The position numbers and the translations under genes are program-made. Below the pieces are notes generated by a model. That model was not told where the DNA came from, did no database searches, and worked only from the letters and a program-made list of their open reading frames with translations. A stretch of 55,794 nucleotides of DNA. Source: a virus. Below are positions 50,776-55,794 of the stretch, piece after piece (the first letter of the stretch is position 1; the number at the start of each line of letters is the position of its first letter). The DNA lies in the IMG/VR virus record IMGVR_UViG_3300045988_029329, positions 1 to 55,794 of that record, one strand, 5' to 3'.

Positions 50776-51531
50776 ATGAGAAAGAGAATCATTGCGGCGG
50801 CTCTAGCAGCGGCTATGATGCTTGCCATGCCTATTAGCGCAATGGCAACAACGAAACCCGATGAATGGTCTGCTCCTATTGAGCTGGAAGAGACCAATGC
50901 AACACAGGTGCAACCCATAACGATCAAAGAATCCCATAGCCATCTTGAAACCAAGTACGAATACGGCAAAACGAGATACTATGTGTTTTACGCAGTTCTG
51001 GTTGAAAATCCCAACACCGATTGGGCAGTTGATTTTGTTTCGCTGAATGTCACGGTATACGGCGAAGATGGCTCCGTCTTAAAGACCGATTCTGAAACGC
51101 TGGACTGGGTTGGCGAGGGTGATTCTTATTGGTATGGCGATTATATCGCTTTTGATTCCGATGGTGTTAAGCCGACAAGAATTGAGTATACGACAAGCGC
51201 AGAGAATTGGAACGTTCACGAAGCAAGCCCTGCCAATCAGATTGTTCGTGCTGGCGAACTTGCTGTTACAAATGTTTCCAAACGTGGTTCCGGCTATGAT
51301 TTGCGATTCACTGGACAGGTTACAAACAATAGCCAGTTTACAAGCAATGCAGTCAAGGTCATTGTTCTTTACAAAATGAAAGACACCGAAGGCAATGAAG
51401 TTCCTGTTGGCGGTGAGTATACTTACATCATGGACAGCCTTGCTTCGGGCCAAACAGCATCGTTTGAGCTTTATCCATTGAGTGGATTTACTGGTTATAG
51501 CTCTTATGAAGTGGTTGCTATTCAAGATTAA
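50776..51531 (+). CDS. secreted protein with signal peptide
   Basis: MRKRIIAAALAAAMMLAMPISAMA|TTK. 251 aa. A terminator follows. Confidence 0.6.
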   Translation: MRKRIIAAALAAAMMLAMPISAMATTKPDEWSAPIELEETNATQVQPITIKESHSHLETKYEYGKTRYYVFYAVLVENPNTDWAVDFVSLNVTVYGEDGSVLKTDSETLDWVGEGDSYWYGDYIAFDSDGVKPTRIEYTTSAENWNVHEASPANQIVRAGELAVTNVSKRGSGYDLRFTGQVTNNSQFTSNAVKVIVLYKMKDTEGNEVPVGGEYTYIMDSLASGQTASFELYPLSGFTGYSSYEVVAIQD

Positions 51532-51542
51532 CGCATAACACA

Positions 51543-51590
51543 AAAAGCCAGCGGCTAGATGTTCTCTAACCACTGGCTTTTCTTATTTGT
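51543..51590 (+). terminator. rho-independent terminator
   Basis: Stem AAAAGCCAG...CTGGCTTTT followed by CTTATTTGTTATTT. Confidence 0.6.
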
Positions 51591-51615
51591 TATTTGTGGA
51601 AATATCAGAAATGTC

Positions 51616-51644
51616 TTGACTTTATAGGGTTCATCTGATATAAT
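51616..51644 (+). promoter_or_regulatory. promoter TTGACT-17 nt-TATAAT
   Basis: TTGACT at 51616-51621 and TATAAT at 51639-51644. Confidence 0.55.
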
Positions 51645-51670
51645 AGCATCAAGAAAGAGAGGGTGCAAAA

Positions 51671-51898
51671 ATGAAAGCAGGAGAAGCGGTAAAAGAAGTT
51701 ATGAGAAAAGAGGACATAAAGCAAGCAGAGCTTTGCAGCAGGCTTAAAATTAAACAGCCAACTTTAAGCGAACGTCTTTCTCAAAAAAATATTAGCGTTA
51801 ATAAGCTAAACGAAATGCTGAATATGATGGGCTATAAAATTGTAGTTGTTCCTCGTGACGCACAGTTCAAAAATTGCGAAGGTATAGACATAGAGTAA
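51671..51898 (+). CDS. XRE-family HTH protein
   Basis: 75 aa. IKQAELCSRLKIKQPTLSERLSQKNISVNKL. Confidence 0.55.
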   Translation: MKAGEAVKEVMRKEDIKQAELCSRLKIKQPTLSERLSQKNISVNKLNEMLNMMGYKIVVVPRDAQFKNCEGIDIE

Positions 51899-51914
51899 AG
51901 GACGGTGATTCTGA

Positions 51915-52496
51915 ATGATCTACGGTTACGCTCGTGTCAGTTCCGCTGGACAGGCGATTGACGGCAACAGCCTTGAAGCCCAGTCTGAACTTTTGAAAGC
52001 CAACGGCGCACAGAAAATCTTTTCGGATGTTTACACCGGAACGAAGCTGCATCGACCTGAACTTGACAAGCTGATGGCTGAAATCCAGCCGGGAGACACG
52101 CTGATCGTGGCGAAACTTGACCGTATTGCTCGTTCTGCCAAGAATGGCCTTGAACTGATAGACCAATTCATTGATAAGGGCGTTTCGGTGAACATTCTGA
52201 ATATGGGGGTTATGAATAACTCCCCTACTGGAAAAGTCATTCGGACTGTTATGCTTGCCTTTGCAGAGTTTGAGCGTGACATGATTGTTGAGCGCACTAG
52301 AGAGGGCAAAAAGATTGCCAGCCAGCGACCTGATTACAGGGAAGGCCGCAAGCCTACCGAGTACGACCACAACCTCTTTGATGTTCTGCATGAACAGGTG
52401 GAAAAGCGTCTACTGACCGTCACCGATGCCGCAAAACAGCTTGGTGTGACACGCCAGACATGGTATCGGATTGCTGAACAGAGAAAGGCTGGATAA
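51915..52496 (+). CDS. small serine recombinase (resolvase/invertase family)
   Basis: [13 protein letters not shown] (catalytic Ser), [30 protein letters not shown], and a C-terminal HTH. 193 aa. Confidence 0.85.
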   Translation: MIYGYARVSSAGQAIDGNSLEAQSELLKANGAQKIFSDVYTGTKLHRPELDKLMAEIQPGDTLIVAKLDRIARSAKNGLELIDQFIDKGVSVNILNMGVMNNSPTGKVIRTVMLAFAEFERDMIVERTREGKKIASQRPDYREGRKPTEYDHNLFDVLHEQVEKRLLTVTDAAKQLGVTRQTWYRIAEQRKAG

Positions 52497-52497
52497 T

Positions 52498-52803
52498 ATG
52501 CAGGGAGAAGAACTGATTGTTAAGAATGGTAGCATCACACTGCGGTCTATGCTTGACTTTGGTGGATTCCTCGAAATCAAGCGGTTCTTGGAAGCTTGCC
52601 ATTCGGAAAACTGCACCGTGACTTTTGCAAACGAGGAAATTATCATTTTTCCGAATGAATACGATGCTGCTAAAGATGCTCTCGTCTTTATTTATGGTAC
52701 ACTGGCAGAAAGACACAGTATTATCGAAAAGTATCTCCGCTATAAGCTGATGCTAGGAGACGAACAACCAAAACCTACTTTACATAGTCATAGAAAGGAA
52801 TAA
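52498..52803 (+). CDS. hypothetical protein
   Basis: 101 aa. Confidence 0.4.
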   Translation: MQGEELIVKNGSITLRSMLDFGGFLEIKRFLEACHSENCTVTFANEEIIIFPNEYDAAKDALVFIYGTLAERHSIIEKYLRYKLMLGDEQPKPTLHSHRKE

Positions 52804-52806
52804 AGC

Positions 52807-52968
52807 ATGAAACCCGCAAAATTGTCAGATCAGAGCTTGAAGCTCATTGAAACGTTGTGTGATTACACCGACAAGCCGGATATTCTCAATGCCATCGCAG
52901 ACGCTTTGTACTACGATGCGGACGAGCTGAAACGCAGGCTCAGCCAGCTTGCAAAAGAAGTCAAATAA
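52807..52968 (+). CDS. hypothetical small protein (53 aa)
   Basis: MKPAKLSDQSLKLIETLCDYTDKPDILNAIADALYYDADELKRRLSQLAKEVK. Confidence 0.35.
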   Translation: MKPAKLSDQSLKLIETLCDYTDKPDILNAIADALYYDADELKRRLSQLAKEVK

Positions 52969-53058
52969 ACTGAGCAACCCGTTTATTAAGATGGATTTTA
53001 GTAAATAATTTTTCCGAAACAGCATTATAAAACCGAATATTTGATTTTTGTGCAGTTG

Positions 53059-53101
53059 TAGGCACTCTTTACATTTTCAGGTAGGGGGTGCCTATTTTTT
53101 T
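53059..53101 (+). terminator. terminator-like hairpin + T7 ending 1 nt before the terminase ATG
   Basis: Stem TAGGCAC/GTGCCTA (53059-65/53088-94), a 22-nt loop holding the G-rich RBS, then TTTTTTT. Confidence 0.35.
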
Positions 53102-55771
53102 ATGCAGCCAAAACAGTGCATTGCCATCATCGACAGCATCAAAGCGTATGCAAAACAGAATCCGACCGAAGCACAGGTCTATGAGGACTGGTTTCAGGCG
53201 GTCGTGAACCTGAAAGACGCTCTGCCGCAGGACAAACGGTTCGATGCCTACAAATACTCTGGTGAGCTGCGCTCCGTCTGTGCAACCATGATGGGCAAGA
53301 TGAAAACAGGCGAGGACGTGGCGAAGGTCTATGATATTATCAGCCGGACGTACCTGTTTGAAGCAAAGGACGTGTTTGACAGTTATTGCATCTACCTTGA
53401 ATGGAATCGTGCGCCGGAGAAGAAGTTCTATCAGCCCAGACGCAGAGTGCTAAAAGTGCTGGCAGACGACCTAGAGGACTTGTTCTATAAGCGGATAGAT
53501 TTCTTGGGGGTCAGTCTTCCGGCTCGCGTAGGTAAGGCTTTGAGTGATGATACACCAATTCTTACGCGAAACGGCTGGAAGAATCACGGCGATTTGCAGG
53601 TTGGTGATGAAGTTATCAGTCCAAAAGGCAAGTTTGTAAAGGTGCTGGCTGTATCTCCTAAGTGCCAGCTTGATGTGCGATGCCATTTCTCTGACGGCAC
53701 ATACATTGACTGCCACGAAAACCACGAGTGGCCGGTCTTTAACCGGCATAAGAACGGATTTGATGTAATCGAAACCAAGCGGATGATGGAAGATTATGTT
53801 GCCGACACGAAGGACGGTATAAGATTCTGCTATCAGGTTCCGTTCAAAAATTTTGTCGAAGGAGAATATAAGAAACTGCCTGTTGAGCCGTACACATTGG
53901 GTGCATGGCTTGGCGATGGTCGCAATCAGCACCCGGATATTTGCGAACCTCCTTGTGATCGAGTGATTGTTGAGCGTGTTATTAACGATGGATACCCTGT
54001 TAGCTGGCACACTGTCCATAAGGATACTGGCGTTGAGTACTACGGATTCTCTGGCTTGCGACAGGCACTCCAAAAAGGCGATATGTGCCATAGTCACCGC
54101 CGCTGCGTGAAGCACATCCCAGAAGAATACTTTACAGCCAGCATTGCACAGCGCATGGAATTGCTTGCTGGGCTGCTCGATACAGACGGTACGTTACGGG
54201 CAAAAGAGCATCGGTACGCTTTTTCTACCACAGAGCTGCAAATGAGAGATGATTTTGTCACGCTGGTTTCTACCTTTGGATGGAGATGTAGCGTGGTTGA
54301 ATATCCACCTCGTGTATCATCTAGTGGCATTAAAGGAAATCTGACGGTTTATTCCATCTCTTTTAATCCTACCTGCCCTATTCCCTGCGTTGTTCCTCGC
54401 AAGCAGTTAAAGGAGTTCTCCAAACCTCGCCGTGTGGCATTTTGCGGGTTTGAGCGCATCGAGCCGAAGCAGGGCAACTGCATTCAGGTTGAGGGCGGCG
54501 TATATTGCGCTGGCAAACGGCTGATTTCTACCCATAACAGTACGCTGTGCATCTTTTTCATCACATGGCTGATGGGCAACCGCCCGGACGTTGCATCGGT
54601 CATGAGCGGACATTCTGACAAGCTGACTAACGGCTTCTATGGCGAAGTGCTGTCCATCATCACTGACCCTGTGACCTACAACTGGGGCAAAATCTTCCCT
54701 GACGTTCAGCTTGTGGACAAGAGCGCAAAGGACGAAAGCGTTGATCTGAACCGAAAGAAGCGTTTCCCCACCCTGACTTGCCGCTCAATCGGCGGTACGC
54801 TGACCGGCGCAGTTGAAATTGGCGAGGGCGGCGTGCTGTACAGCGATGACTTGATTGAGGACTTGGAAGAAAGCCTGAACGTTGAGCGTCTGAACAACAA
54901 GTATGATGCCTACTTGAACCAGCTGAAAGACCGTAAAAAGCAGGGCGCATTGGAGCTGATGGTTGGTACACGCTGGAACGTGCTTGACCCTTTGGGGCGC
55001 ATCCAGAACCAGTACGCAGACAATCCAAAGTACAGATTCCGGGTGATTCCTGCTGTGGATGAGAATGGACACAGCAACTTCAACTATGACTACGGTGTTG
55101 GATTTGACGATGCCTATTATGCCGATATGAAAGCCAGCATTGACGATGCAACATGGTGGGCAAAGTACATGGGCAAGCCCTATGTGCGTGAAGGTCTGCT
55201 ATTCCCTGCCGATGAACTGCGATACTTTAACGGTGTTCTGCCGGATGGTGAGCCCGATCGCAAGCTCATGGTCATGGATATTGCATGGGGTGGCGGCGAC
55301 TTCACCGCCTGCCCTATTGCTTATGTGTACGGTGATGCTGTGTTCATCCAAGACCTTGTGTTCAACAATGGCGATAAGACCGTGACTAGGCCGGAAGTCG
55401 TGGGCAAAATCATCCAGCACAAAATCAATGTGGTGCGTGGCGAAGCCAACAACGGTGGTGATGAATATTGTGACGTGGTAGACAGCCAGCTTCGGCAACA
55501 GGGCTATCACTGTTCTGTCCGTAGCCAGCGCGCACCCAGCGGCCAAAGCAAGCTGTCCAGAATCATCCAGTATGCGCCGGACATCAAACGGTTCTATTTC
55601 CTTGACGAGAAGCATCAGTCGAAAGAGTACAAAGCGTTCATGGAGCAAGTGACGATGTTCACGCAGCTTGGCAAAGTTCCGCACGATGATGCACCGGACA
55701 GTCTGGCACAGCTTGCTGATGAACTTTACAACGGAATCAGTAAAATCGAGCCTGTCAAGAGGCCTTTTTGA
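53102..55771 (+). CDS. terL: terminase large subunit, intein-containing (555-aa extein + 334-aa intein)
   Basis: Split Walker A ...SLPARVGK|intein|STLCIFF. The C-terminal nuclease region is typical of TerL. The gene wraps to the portal across the circular junction. Confidence 0.85.
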   Translation: MQPKQCIAIIDSIKAYAKQNPTEAQVYEDWFQAVVNLKDALPQDKRFDAYKYSGELRSVCATMMGKMKTGEDVAKVYDIISRTYLFEAKDVFDSYCIYLEWNRAPEKKFYQPRRRVLKVLADDLEDLFYKRIDFLGVSLPARVGKALSDDTPILTRNGWKNHGDLQVGDEVISPKGKFVKVLAVSPKCQLDVRCHFSDGTYIDCHENHEWPVFNRHKNGFDVIETKRMMEDYVADTKDGIRFCYQVPFKNFVEGEYKKLPVEPYTLGAWLGDGRNQHPDICEPPCDRVIVERVINDGYPVSWHTVHKDTGVEYYGFSGLRQALQKGDMCHSHRRCVKHIPEEYFTASIAQRMELLAGLLDTDGTLRAKEHRYAFSTTELQMRDDFVTLVSTFGWRCSVVEYPPRVSSSGIKGNLTVYSISFNPTCPIPCVVPRKQLKEFSKPRRVAFCGFERIEPKQGNCIQVEGGVYCAGKRLISTHNSTLCIFFITWLMGNRPDVASVMSGHSDKLTNGFYGEVLSIITDPVTYNWGKIFPDVQLVDKSAKDESVDLNRKKRFPTLTCRSIGGTLTGAVEIGEGGVLYSDDLIEDLEESLNVERLNNKYDAYLNQLKDRKKQGALELMVGTRWNVLDPLGRIQNQYADNPKYRFRVIPAVDENGHSNFNYDYGVGFDDAYYADMKASIDDATWWAKYMGKPYVREGLLFPADELRYFNGVLPDGEPDRKLMVMDIAWGGGDFTACPIAYVYGDAVFIQDLVFNNGDKTVTRPEVVGKIIQHKINVVRGEANNGGDEYCDVVDSQLRQQGYHCSVRSQRAPSGQSKLSRIIQYAPDIKRFYFLDEKHQSKEYKAFMEQVTMFTQLGKVPHDDAPDSLAQLADELYNGISKIEPVKRPF
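53537..54538 (+). mobile_element. intein with LAGLIDADG homing-endonuclease domain (Ala1, ...THN / +1 Ser)
   Basis: Blocks ALSDDTPIL..GDLQVGDEV, DGTYIDCHENHEW, LGAWLGDG, LAGLLDTDG, NCIQVEGG and LISTHN|S. Confidence 0.8.
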
Positions 55772-55794
55772 TTAAAAACACAATATATTGTGTT
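55718..55794. repeat. 77-bp terminal direct repeat identical to 1..77
   Basis: Exact match to the window start. Confidence 0.95.

Noticed and set aside
1-55794. Alternative genetic code (TAG or TGA reassignment)
   Set aside because: All long genes (tape measure 1364 aa, TerL, the 871-aa tail protein, portal, MCP, DnaB) are uninterrupted in the standard code. Only two small early genes carry single in-frame stops. No suppressor tRNA was seen.

Overview
The window is a complete, circularly closed phage genome. Its first 77 nt are identical to its last 77 nt, leaving about 55.7 kb of unique sequence. It looks like a temperate siphovirus-type phage of a Gram-positive (Bacillota/Clostridia-like) host, judged from AGGAGG-type RBSs, a GH25 endolysin, an LL-H-type holin, RecU, and a replisome organizer plus DnaB.

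Layout:
- 100-700: structured non-coding RNA region with one tRNA-Met and one aberrant tRNA-like element.
- 985-19772 (+): late operon. It runs portal, scaffold, gpD-like decoration protein, lambda-E-type major capsid, connectors, major tail protein, G/G-T chaperone with a -1 frameshift, 1364-aa tape measure, tail tip and fibres, then lysis genes.
- 20093-23669: an XRE regulator divergent from a five-gene operon of unknown, cysteine-rich proteins.
- 23733-29645 (-): a leftward plasmid-type maintenance operon. It holds a Rep_3-like initiator with 21-23-bp iterons, ParA and an RHH protein. A visibly AT-rich AAA+ ATPase / 2-TM / small-protein cassette follows.
- 30874-31615: a CI/Cro-type switch with GTACAG-N4-CTGTAC operators.
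- 31629-47444 (+): early genes. These are an antirepressor, a RAMP-like ORF followed by a 31-bp-period repeat array, Erf, SSB, a circularly permuted C5-methyltransferase, RecU-like, MazG-like, a TerS-like gene, Lar, a replisome organizer and DnaB.
- 47500-50600: an origin-like non-coding region with a polypyrimidine/G4 tract, CGACTATT iterons and two GC-rich islands.
- 51915-52496: a small serine recombinase.
- 53102-55771: terminase large subunit, interrupted by a 334-aa LAGLIDADG intein inside its Walker A motif.

No integrase is present, so plasmid-type lysogeny (a phage-plasmid) is inferred.

The best candidates for undescribed biology are the low-GC AAA+/2-TM cassette, the regulated Cys-rich operon, and the RAMP-like ORF plus its repeat array.

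All functional calls rest on motif recognition by eye. No searches were run.
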